This document shows positions 9,278 through 17,995 of a stretch of 39,460 bases of DNA, in pieces. Positions within the stretch are counted from its first letter, which is position 1. Each line of letters starts with the position of its first letter. Position numbers and translations under genes: made by a program. Source of the DNA: Tubiluchus corallicola (Eukaryota; Animalia; Priapulida); contig JAQGDQ010000384.1 of the NCBI GenBank assembly GCA_030141605.1, forward strand, positions 183,793-223,252, read 5' to 3'. The notes below the pieces were generated by a model. That model saw nothing but the letters and a program-made list of their open reading frames with translations, was not told the DNA's origin and made no database searches.

Positions 9278-10836
9278 TGTAAATCTTCAGCTTAATTCGG
9301 ACAAATTGGTTTAAAAATTAAGAGAGACATTTCTTAAATTATAACCAATAAAAACGAATAAGATGAAGGCAAAAAAACAGACTACCGAACAAAAGGTAAA
9401 AGAGATTAAGAGACACACGAGGAAGAAGTAATCAGCTGAAGAAAAAATCAGGATTGTACTAGAGGGCATGCGTGGCGAATATAGCATTGCCGAGTTATGC
9501 CTAAAAGAAGGCATCAACGCGAACCTTTATTACAAGTGGAGTAAAGATTTTATGGAAGCTGGCAAAAAACGCCTTGCAGGTGACATTAAACGGGAAGCTA
9601 CATCGGGCGAAGTAAACGGTTTAAAGAACGAGAACCACGACCTAAAGCAGCTTTTAGCAGAGTTGAGTTTGGAAGTACGCATGCTTAAAAAAAGCTTAAC
9701 TGGAACCGTGTAACTTATAAATATATGAGACGAAGCGCCAGTGAAAAGATGGAAATTATCCGTATTGTTCAAGATTCGGAATTCGGAGTTAAGCGCACAC
9801 TTGAAGAACTTGACATCAGCCGAAGTACCTTTTACGAGTGGTACAAACGCTTCCTTGAGGGAGGATATGATGCACTCAAGCCCAAGCCGGTAAAACGCAA
9901 AAAGTTCTGGGACAAGATATCCAACAAAGAACGAGAACTGGTTTTAGACACCGCTTTGTAACGTACAGACTTATCGCCTAGGGAACTAGCCCACCACATC
10001 ACCGACCATCAAAAGTGGTTTATCAGCGAATCCAGCGTATATCGGATTCTCAAAGAGCAAGTGCTAATCACATCTCCTGCGTGGCTTTTAATGGCTGCAT
10101 CCGATGAGTTTAAAGATAAGACCACGCGTGTGCACCAGCAATGGCAAACCGATTTCACCTACTTTAAAATCATTGGATGGGGCTGGTATTATTTGGCTAC
10201 CGTAATGGAGATTATTCAAGTTATATCGTCACCTGGGAGCTTTGCCAAAGCATTGAGTCGGCCGATGCCAAGCATGTTATTCAAAAGGCTTTACATACGG
10301 CCAAAATACCTGCAGGCGATTGTCCCAGGTTACTCTCCGATAATGGAGCGTGCTACATATCAAACGAGTTTCAAAGCTTTTTAAAAGATACCAAAATGGG
10401 ACATGTACGTGGAGCCCCATACCACCCTCAAACATAAGGGGAAATTGAGCGTTACCACCGCACCATGAAAAATCAGGTAAAGTTGGATAATTACTACTTT
10501 CCTGATGAACTAAGGACGGTTCTACAGGAGTTTGTAGATAATTACAACAACCACCGGTATCATGAATCACTCAAGAATGTTACACCTGCCGACGTGTATT
10601 TTGGAAGGCAAAAACAGGTACTGGGCAATCGTGAAAACATTAAAATAAAAACGCTAAATGAAAGAAGAAAAAGGAATCAGAAAATCGCAGTGTAGCACTT
10701 TTGATTTATTGAAAACTCTGCGAGTTTCGAACAAGTCAACAGTGAATTATCATCACCATAAAAAAGAGAATTTGAATTATAAAACTATTTCTTAACTTTA
10801 AGCATCAATTTGTCCAATAAGTTTTGAAGTTAAACA
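9278..10836 (+). mobile_element. IS3-family insertion sequence (decayed)
   Basis: TG...CA ends with imperfect IRs TGTAAATCTTCAGCTTAATTCGGACAAATTG and CAATTTGTCCAATAAGTTTTGAAGTTAAACA; no target duplication visible. Confidence 0.85.
9363..10695 (+). pseudogene. IS3 orfA/orfB transposase pseudogene
   Basis: orfA ATG at 9363 with TAA at 9429-9431; orfB from 9725 with TAA at 9959-9961 and 10435-10437 and a frameshift near 10205-10212; WQTDFT, SDNG and IERYHRT DDE motifs remain. Confidence 0.9.
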
Positions 10837-11009
10837 GTACTCATCAAACCTTAAAATCATTCGAAAGAAAGAACTGGATAAAACCAAACAGATTTAAGAA
10901 TAGAAACTATTATACCTCAGATTCTATCTTAACCTGTATTCACAAACAAATACCTTTTGGTAGAACTACAATCTATCAAAATGAAGAATGGGAAGGTATA
11001 TGGGGTTAA
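10837..11009 (+). pseudogene. 5'-truncated MerR-like HTH (excisionase/RDF-like) gene
   Basis: THQTLKSFERKNWIKPNRFKNRNYYT resembles the MerR/Xis recognition helix and wing; the N-terminus is cut by the IS3 right end. Confidence 0.55.
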
Positions 11010-11157
11010 GGGGTTAATTAATAACATCTCTATCAAAATACATTTTTTAAACTTTTTGATATATATACTTACACACACAACTCAAGTAGTATATCACTAT
11101 ACACTTAACACTCGTTTGTTTTTTCATTGAATTAAACAAATTTCCATTAGAGAATTA

Positions 11158-11182
11158 GCCACCATGTAAATGGTGGTTTTTT
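11158..11182 (+). terminator. Intrinsic terminator
   Basis: GCCACCAT-GTAA-ATGGTGGT followed by a T run. Confidence 0.65.
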
Positions 11183-11201
11183 CGTTTATATCACCCCCAT
11201 C

Positions 11202-11274
11202 ATGACATTTTGTCATTTTATGATTATCTTTGTATTCGAATTATTTTAAGAATCAATTTTGGAATGTATTTTGA
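11202..11274 (+). promoter_or_regulatory. Outward-facing promoter candidates at the element right end
   Basis: Palindrome ATGACA-TTT-TGTCAT (11202-11216), TATCTTTG -7 box (11225-11232) and TGGAATGTATTTTGA (GG-N10-GA, sigma54-like, 11260-11274). Confidence 0.4.
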
Positions 11275-11288
11275 AAAATAATTTAAGG

Positions 11289-11445
11289 TTCCCCCCAAGG
11301 TTGGGAGGAAGATAAAAATTATGAAAAAGATAAATTAGAGTTTCCCCCCATCGGAAACTTTTAAAAAGAATAAAAGTTTGAATACAAAGGAGTTAAATAT
11401 CAAGGAAAAACAAGGAAAACCAATTTCCTCCCATGTTTCCCCCCA
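11289..11445. repeat. Right-end TTCC(T/C)CCCA repeats (putative integrase arm-type sites)
   Basis: Copies at 11289-11297, 11302-11310 (inverted), 11342-11350, 11425-11433 and 11437-11445; the same motif occurs at 61-84. Confidence 0.65.
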
Positions 11446-12835
11446 TAAAAATCCAAACCAATATAATGGAGAACCTATTGTAAATCAAAAAGATACAACT
11501 AAAAACCCCAATCCTAAACAAGTATATATAGAGACATATGGCTGCCAGATGAACATTGCTGACAGTGAGGTCGCTGCAGCCATACTTGGCAACTATGGAT
11601 ATGAAATAGCCGACACACATAAGGATGCTGAAGTAATATTAATCAACACTTGTTCGGTCAGGGACAATGCAGAGCAGCGGGTTTGGGGAAGGCTAAATCT
11701 CTTCAAAAGTTACAAAAAGGAGAGGCCAGAATTGCTTATAGGCCTTATTGGTTGTATGGCAGAAAGAATAGGTAATGATCTGTTGAATAGCAACTTAGTT
11801 GACTTAGTCGCCGGGCCGGATGCGTATAGAGATCTGCCCTACCTTATTGATAAAGCGCAGCGAGGAGAAGATGCAATTAACATAAAGCTGGCCGGTAATG
11901 AAACTTACGACTCAATTATTCCAAAACGTCCTGGAGATAAAAAAATATCGGGCTTTGTTTCTATAACAAGAGGATGTAATAATTTTTGCACATATTGTAT
12001 TGTTCCTTACACCCGCGGGCGTGAGCGTAGCCGTAATCCCAAAGATATTATTAATGAAATAGAGGACCTGATCAGGCGTGGTTATAAAGAAGTTACACTG
12101 CTGGGGCAAAATGTTAACTCTTATAAGTGGTATCCTAGCAGACAAAAAAAAGTAGAGCGATTTCCTGATTTACTAAGTATGGTAGCGAAAATTGACCCCG
12201 CTATTAGAATAAGGTTTACTACATCACATCCAAAAGACTTATCAAATAAACTGCTGCATACTATTGCAGGGCATTCTAATATCTGCAATCATATTCATCT
12301 GCCTGTGCAGTCGGGAAGTTCGCGAATACTGGAAAAGATGAACCGTAAGTATACCCGAGAATGGTATATGAAACGGGTAGAAGCAATTCGTAAAATAATC
12401 CCGGGATGCGGTATCTCTACTGATATATTTTGTGGGTTCTGCTCCGAAACGGAGGCAGAGCATAAAGAGACGCTATCTCTAATGGAGTGGGTGCAATTTG
12501 ATACTGCTTTCATGTTTAAATACTCTGAACGCCCCGGAACATACGCTCACAAACATTATAAAGATGATATTATAGAGGAAATAAAATCCCAAAGACTAAA
12601 AGAGATAATTGCCTTACAAAGTTGTATCTCTATGAAAAGTAATAGAAAGGATATCGGTAAAACTTTTGAGGTACTGATAGAAGGTATCTCGAAAAAGAGT
12701 GAAAGTGAATATTTTGGAAGAACATCCCAAAATAAAATAGTTGTTTTCCCCAAAGGCAAGTTAAAGTTTGGAGAGTATACCCTTGTGAAAGTAAATAACT
12801 GTACTCAAACTACCCTTATAGGAGAGGTTTGTTAA
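11378..12835 (+). CDS. miaB: tRNA-2-methylthio-N6-dimethylallyladenosine synthase MiaB (first ~48 aa probably element-derived)
   Basis: YIETYGCQMN, NTCSVR, GCMAE, radical SAM motif CNNFCTYC, HLPVQSGS, FKYSERPGT and TRAM domain. Confidence 0.95.
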   Translation: MNTKELNIKEKQGKPISSHVSPHKNPNQYNGEPIVNQKDTTKNPNPKQVYIETYGCQMNIADSEVAAAILGNYGYEIADTHKDAEVILINTCSVRDNAEQRVWGRLNLFKSYKKERPELLIGLIGCMAERIGNDLLNSNLVDLVAGPDAYRDLPYLIDKAQRGEDAINIKLAGNETYDSIIPKRPGDKKISGFVSITRGCNNFCTYCIVPYTRGRERSRNPKDIINEIEDLIRRGYKEVTLLGQNVNSYKWYPSRQKKVERFPDLLSMVAKIDPAIRIRFTTSHPKDLSNKLLHTIAGHSNICNHIHLPVQSGSSRILEKMNRKYTREWYMKRVEAIRKIIPGCGISTDIFCGFCSETEAEHKETLSLMEWVQFDTAFMFKYSERPGTYAHKHYKDDIIEEIKSQRLKEIIALQSCISMKSNRKDIGKTFEVLIEGISKKSESEYFGRTSQNKIVVFPKGKLKFGEYTLVKVNNCTQTTLIGEVC

Positions 12836-12867
12836 GGAAGCTAAGCCTTGTAAAGGGAAGAGTAACT

Positions 12868-12907
12868 AAAAAAAATCCGGTACAGACAAATACCGGATTT
12901 CTTTTTA
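12868..12907. terminator. Bidirectional terminator between miaB and the TPR gene
   Basis: AAATCCGGTA-N8-TACCGGATTT flanked by A and T runs, between convergent genes. Confidence 0.75.
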
Positions 12908-12924
12908 GTTCTAAATCTTTACCA

Positions 12925-14676
12925 CTATTCAACTATTGACTTAAAATCAGCCTCTTCTAAATACTTTGCAAACTCTAAGTCCTTCTTAGCTGTTTCTTTT
13001 AGCGAACTGTCTTTTGCAACTGCTGTCTTAAGGTTTTCGTACAACAGGCTTGCCTTAGCGGTCCGAGCACCTATAACAGCTTTTAGATAAGAAACATTAG
13101 CAGTCTCTTCTTCAATATTATTAAGAATTTTGAGAGCTTCATTATTATTGCCCTTCATCATTTGAGCAAGAGCACTATTTACACTCTCAATATCTCCATA
13201 GTAATTGGCAGATGTATTATAGTCAGCTTTCATATAGCTTACTAACCCCATGTTTTGATCAACAGCTTCTCCTGCTCCGCTGGCGCCACCAAGCAACTCC
13301 TCCGCTTTTTTGAGATCGTTATTTTTGAGGGCAACTGCTCCAAGGTTATTTTTAACAACAGGGTTGCCTTGGCTTAGCTCATCAGCTTTTTCAAAAAGAG
13401 ATGTGGCATTCGAAAGGTCATCTTGCTTAAAGAATATAAGTCCCAGGTTGTTGTATCCTCTCCAATCATCAGAATATGCACTTATGAAGCTGCTATAAAT
13501 AGCTTTTTTCTTCTCAAGATCTTCAGTCAATTTTGCAGCATATAACAACTCTGCCTGATTTAATTGAGAAGGATCACTGTTGGCCAATTCAGTAATCTCA
13601 TTATCAGTTTTACCAATTACCTCAATATTTGCAGTAATTTTTGCACGGCGCAATTTGGGTAATATATCGTCGGCAAGTGCAGTAAAGGCTTCTGAAAGGT
13701 TACGTATCTCACGCTCACGCACTTCAGGATCAGTATGCATAGATAGAACACGAAGAATAAGTTCCTTATCCTGAATAGCGGACTGCTCAACCAATGTTTT
13801 AAACCCTTCCCAGTCTTCAGGGGTGTATTTTGAAGTTAGCTCTACATCAACCTTACTTCTCTGTATACTTTTGCTAACAGCATTTGCTGCAGAAACTTCA
13901 CGTTTTTGAGAAAGGTTGTCATTAAAATCAAGTTCACCATCTGGCGATGCATAAGCTAATACTTCTACTCCCTTAAGCTCTGTACGCTCAGCCTCAAAAG
14001 CATCTTTTATATACTTATTAAGCTGGGTCATCTCCTCTTTTTTCACTTCTCTTCCACGAACATAAGAGCTATTGATAAGGTACATTAAATCCGCCTTATA
14101 ACTATCAGGAACAATTCGCTGGAACGCATCAATTGTGGGATCATAAATACCTGTCATATTTTCCTCTTTCTGAATTCCTTCCATAGGGGTAGGAGAGTTT
14201 TCAAAAAGGGTTGATGTCACAATCACACCATCAGCAATCTTTAATGGTGGAAACTTCTCTGTTTTTTTACCCGATTTTGCAACAATATGGAGTTCTAAAT
14301 CCGAATCATGCATCCCATCCACGAAAGGGACAGAACCTGAGTAAGAAAAGCTACCTCCACTCGCATAGCTTATAACCGTAGCGTTGCCATCCACACTTTC
14401 TCCTTGTAAAGTGTAAGGTTCATAAGCAGCCTCACCACCTTCATACTTTAAAACAGGGGTAGCTTCCATTGTTATATCCTTCAAAAAATATTTTCCGGGA
14501 ACACGCCCCTCAATAGCAACTTCAACATTTCCCCCGTGAGCCTCAAGAACTTCAGGTGTTACGTTGTAGGCAATTTTGCTTGCGTTGTTTTTCATCTTGC
14601 TAAGGCTTGAACAGCTACTTAAAAGGACAGCGCCCAAGAAAAAGATGATAGCAGGTTTTAAAGTAATCTTCTTCAT
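12925..14676 (-). CDS. TPR-containing lipoprotein (conserved Bacteroidota type)
   Basis: Lipobox LLSSC; YASPDG motif; C-terminal TPRs (DWRGYNNLG, VKNNLG); TACTTTTG -7 box at 14743-14750. Confidence 0.85.
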   Translation of the reverse strand: MKKITLKPAIIFFLGAVLLSSCSSLSKMKNNASKIAYNVTPEVLEAHGGNVEVAIEGRVPGKYFLKDITMEATPVLKYEGGEAAYEPYTLQGESVDGNATVISYASGGSFSYSGSVPFVDGMHDSDLELHIVAKSGKKTEKFPPLKIADGVIVTSTLFENSPTPMEGIQKEENMTGIYDPTIDAFQRIVPDSYKADLMYLINSSYVRGREVKKEEMTQLNKYIKDAFEAERTELKGVEVLAYASPDGELDFNDNLSQKREVSAANAVSKSIQRSKVDVELTSKYTPEDWEGFKTLVEQSAIQDKELILRVLSMHTDPEVREREIRNLSEAFTALADDILPKLRRAKITANIEVIGKTDNEITELANSDPSQLNQAELLYAAKLTEDLEKKKAIYSSFISAYSDDWRGYNNLGLIFFKQDDLSNATSLFEKADELSQGNPVVKNNLGAVALKNNDLKKAEELLGGASGAGEAVDQNMGLVSYMKADYNTSANYYGDIESVNSALAQMMKGNNNEALKILNNIEEETANVSYLKAVIGARTAKASLLYENLKTAVAKDSSLKETAKKDLEFAKYLEEADFKSIVE

Positions 14677-14889
14677 GATGAATTATTAATTTTTAATTTC
14701 AGAACCAAACTTAAGTGCTCTCTTTTGGCAGATAAGCTAGCACAAAAGTATAATCTTTTGTTAATTAAAGAAAAGTTTTATTACTTTTTTTTATATTATT
14801 ATCTTATAAAATTCAACTTCTAAGTCTTTTTACCAAGTGCTCTACCTATTAAAATTTACAAGAACGTAGTTTAATCAAATTTAGATTTA

Positions 14890-15023
14890 GATCTTTTCAA
14901 GGTAAGAGGCTTGGTTCAGATTGAGGCAAAAGGTTAATAAAATCCCACAGTTTATCAATGAAGATAGAGACTTTGGAGCTCCGGCAAAAACTATTTTAAC
15001 AAAAAATGCGCTTTGCAAAGATC
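14890..15023 (+). repeat. Degenerate MITE-like repeat, copy 1
   Basis: GATCTTTTCAAG...GGTTCAGATTGAGGCAAAA...CTTTGCAAAGATC with terminal inverted repeats. Confidence 0.65.
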
Positions 15024-15288
15024 CGGTATTGAAACCTACCCCTCCTTTAAACTTATTAGCAGTAGAGAAAAAGCACATAGGCAGATTATATCTCAAAAAA
15101 CTTAACCATCTTTTAATAAAAGGCAGTTTAACACAGTGTTATATACGCTGCAAGAACAGGTAGTACCCATAACTGCTCAGCTTGGATTTGGAATAAAAAC
15201 CCTCGGACTTAAATTAAAAACAGGATGGAAAGAGAGTAGAAAATTCAATAACATTTTTCAAAATAGTACCTTTGAGCTGTATTAGTTG

Positions 15289-15423
15289 GAGTCTTTGCAA
15301 GAAGATATATCCTAATTTGGGCTGAGAAAATATGGGAACCCCTGCAGATTACCAATATACAGTGAGGGATTAGAAAATTATTTTGGTGAAATACTAACAG
15401 AGAGATGTGCTCTGCAAAGGCTT
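15289..15423 (+). repeat. Degenerate MITE-like repeat, copy 2
   Basis: GAGTCTTTGCAA...GGGCTGAGAAAA...GAAATACTAA...TGCAAAGGCTT. Confidence 0.55.
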
Positions 15424-15457
15424 TATTCATTATATCAATTATTATAAAAAATGAGTT

Positions 15458-17137
15458 ATGTGTGGGATAGTTTGCGCTTTTGATTTAAAAACAGATGCTA
15501 ATGAGCTAAGGCCTCAAATACTGGAAATGTCAAAGAAAATTCGACATCGTGGGCCGGACTGGTCAGGAATTTATTGTGGGGAGAATGCAGTGTTGGGGCA
15601 TGAAAGACTTTCAATTGTTGATCCCGAATCTGGAGGACAGCCATTATACAGTAAGGATAAAAAATTGATCTTAGCGGTGAATGGCGAAATTTATAATCAT
15701 AAAGATATTCGCAGGGAGTTTGAAGGGAAGTATGAATTTCAGACAGGTTCAGATTGTGAAGTTATATTGGCCCTTTACCGAGAAAAGAAAGAAAAGTTTT
15801 TGGATGACATAAATGGCATTTTTGCATTTGCTCTTTATGATGAAGAGGAAGACTCATATCTTATCGCGCGCGATCATATTGGCATCATACCACTCTATAT
15901 GGGATGGGATGAGCATGGGAACTTTTTTGTAGGGTCGGAGTTAAAAGCGTTGGAGGGTTTTTGTCGTAAAATAACGGAGTTCCCCCCTGCTCACTACTTG
16001 CACAGTAAGGATGGTGAAGTAAAAAAATGGTATGACCGGGACTGGATGGACTATGAAAATGTAAAAGATAACGGTTCAGACATTAAGGAGTTACATGATG
16101 CTTTAGAGAGTGCTGTACGTCGCCAGCTGATGACTGATGTGCCATATGGGGTATTGCTTTCAGGCGGGCTGGACTCCTCAATTACATCTGCAATAGCCAA
16201 GAAATACTCAGAGAGACGTATTGAAACTGACGGTAAGCAGGCTGCATGGTGGCCACAGCTGCACTCTTTCGTTATCGGACTCAAAGATTCTCCTGATCTC
16301 GCAGCAGCGCGTATAGTTGCCGATAAAATAGGAACTGTTCACCATGAGATACACTATACAATACAGGAGGGGCTTGATGCTATTAGTGATGTAATATATC
16401 ATATTGAAACTTATGATGTAACAACGGTGCGTGCCTCAACACCTATGTATATGATTGCACGCGTGATGAAATCTATGGGTATTAAAATGGTGCTGACAGG
16501 AGAAGGGGCTGACGAAATCTTTGGGGGATATCTCTATTTTCACAAAGCCCCAAATGCCAAAGAATTTCATGAAGAGTCATTAAGAAAAGTGAAGAGGCTA
16601 CACCTTTATGATTGCCTACGTGCCAATAAATCGCTTGCTGCATGGGGAATTGAGGGACGTGTACCATTCCTTGACAAGGAGTTTTTAGATGTTGCAATGC
16701 GTATAAGCCCCGAAGATAAAATGGCTAAAGATGGGCGTATAGAGAAGTGGATTGTACGGAAAGCGTTTGAAGATTATCTACCTGAAAGTGTCGCATGGAG
16801 ACAAAAAGAACAGTTTTCGGACGGTGTTGGTTATGGCTGGATTGATACACTGAAGAAAACTGCTGATGAGAAGGTAACCGATGATATGATGACCAATGCG
16901 GGCTATAAGTTTCCTGTCAATACACCTATGAGCAAAGAGGAGTATCTCTACCGTGAAATATTCAGTCAGCATTTCCCATCCGACCAGGCCGCTGCCTGTA
17001 TCCCCTCTGTCCCATCTATAGCGTGCAGTACTGATGTGGCACTGAAGTGGGACAAGTCATTTCGCAATAATGCGGATCCATCGGGAAGAGCAGTGAATAC
17101 AGTGCACGAGAAGGGTGCGGATTTCTCAAAAAAGTGA
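15458..17137 (+). CDS. asnB: Asparagine synthetase B (glutamine-hydrolysing)
   Basis: N-terminal MCGIV, RHRGPDWSG, NGEIYNH, LLSGGLDSS and WRQKEQFSDGVG. Confidence 0.97.
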   Translation: MCGIVCAFDLKTDANELRPQILEMSKKIRHRGPDWSGIYCGENAVLGHERLSIVDPESGGQPLYSKDKKLILAVNGEIYNHKDIRREFEGKYEFQTGSDCEVILALYREKKEKFLDDINGIFAFALYDEEEDSYLIARDHIGIIPLYMGWDEHGNFFVGSELKALEGFCRKITEFPPAHYLHSKDGEVKKWYDRDWMDYENVKDNGSDIKELHDALESAVRRQLMTDVPYGVLLSGGLDSSITSAIAKKYSERRIETDGKQAAWWPQLHSFVIGLKDSPDLAAARIVADKIGTVHHEIHYTIQEGLDAISDVIYHIETYDVTTVRASTPMYMIARVMKSMGIKMVLTGEGADEIFGGYLYFHKAPNAKEFHEESLRKVKRLHLYDCLRANKSLAAWGIEGRVPFLDKEFLDVAMRISPEDKMAKDGRIEKWIVRKAFEDYLPESVAWRQKEQFSDGVGYGWIDTLKKTADEKVTDDMMTNAGYKFPVNTPMSKEEYLYREIFSQHFPSDQAAACIPSVPSIACSTDVALKWDKSFRNNADPSGRAVNTVHEKGADFSKK

Positions 17138-17184
17138 GCTTATAAACTTAAAAACAGGCTTCCCCCTACACTGCTTATAAAGTG

Positions 17185-17240
17185 ACGGGAGTAAGAATTT
17201 TGGAGAAAATATTTAAAACGATGAGTTTTGCAAAAATCCC
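17185..17240 (+). repeat. Partial (3' half) MITE-like repeat
   Basis: TTTTGGAGAAAATATTTAAAACGATGAGTTTTGCAAAAATC resembles the 3' half of the other copies. Confidence 0.35.
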
Positions 17241-17376
17241 AGAATATTTCATACACCATTTGGTACATCTGTAAGCACAACTTATAGAGATAGGTCTTGC
17301 CGATAACAGACTGCCAGGAGGTTACAATATTTTGAAAGAGTTGAAGTGATATGGAGGTAGGCACTATTTCCCTCAA

Positions 17377-17799
17377 TTATTTAAACCTTTCACTTTCAGA
17401 GAAAAAAAACGCAGCTTCAACCCTTGCATTCCTGTCACTGTCCGATCCATGAACAGCATTGTGAGATAGCGATTCTGCAAACATCTTGCGAATAGTTCCG
17501 TCCCTGGCTTCATCCGGATTAGTGGCGCCAATAAGCTTACGAAACTCTTTCACGGCACCCTCTTTAACAAGTATCGCTGCAACGATAGGCCCGGAAGACA
17601 TAAACTCCACTAAGTTGTCATAAAAAGGTTTATTGCGGTGAACATGATAAAATGATTCAGCCTGGCCTTGTGAAAGCCGTGTCATTTTGAGCGCCTCGAT
17701 CTTAAAGCCATGCTCGTTTATAATGCCGAGAATAGGTCCAACATGGTTCCTGCTTACAGCAATAGGCTTGATTAGAGCAAGTGTAATATCTCCTTCCAT
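17377..17799 (-). CDS. ndk: Nucleoside diphosphate kinase
   Basis: TLALIKP, FMSSGP, IGATNP, GTIR and NAVHGSDS. Confidence 0.96.
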   Translation of the reverse strand: MEGDITLALIKPIAVSRNHVGPILGIINEHGFKIEALKMTRLSQGQAESFYHVHRNKPFYDNLVEFMSSGPIVAAILVKEGAVKEFRKLIGATNPDEARDGTIRKMFAESLSHNAVHGSDSDRNARVEAAFFFSESERFK

Positions 17800-17878
17800 A
17801 GAACTTTAGTGTGTATTCTTTCCAAAATTATTTAAAAATTCTTTAAACAGGGATGTCTAAACACCCAATTTTAATACT

Positions 17879-17994
17879 GAGAGCCCTCTGATTTTTCAAG
17901 TTGAGGAAAAATTTAAAGGAAAACTACAGTTTACTAACGCAAATGAGTATTTTGACGAAAATATTAATAAGAAGATAAGTTTTGCGAAGGTCTC
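17879..17994 (+). repeat. Degenerate MITE-like repeat copy
   Basis: TTCAAGTTGAGGAAAAA...CAGTTTACT...GAAAATATTAATAA...TTTGCGAAGGTCTC. Confidence 0.6.
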
Positions 17995-17995
17995 A

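Larger units (their letters stand above)
13..11526. mobile_element. Integrative element (genomic island) inserted at the 5' end of miaB, carrying an arabinosylation operon
   Basis: Tyrosine integrase at the left end; visibly lower GC than the flanking core genes; TTCC(T/C)CCCA repeats clustered at both ends; GTATA at 13-17 and 11522-11526 whose joining restores an in-frame MiaB start. Boundaries are inferred. Confidence 0.75.

Noticed and set aside
9363-10695. Stop-codon recoding suggested by three in-frame TAA codons in the IS3 transposase
   Set aside because: They appear to replace different residues (Y, E, Q), a frameshift is also present, and TAA terminates neighbouring genes; this is simple decay.
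10824-10836. TTG start for the 61-aa ORF at 10824
   Set aside because: It falls inside the IS3 right IR, so it is not the native start of the HTH gene.
13-11526. Prophage or conjugative transposon
   Set aside because: No capsid, terminase, relaxase or T4SS genes are present.
14887-15430. Short ORFs 14887-15096, 14921-15163 and 15245-15430
   Set aside because: They coincide with MITE-like repeats and have no recognisable protein features.
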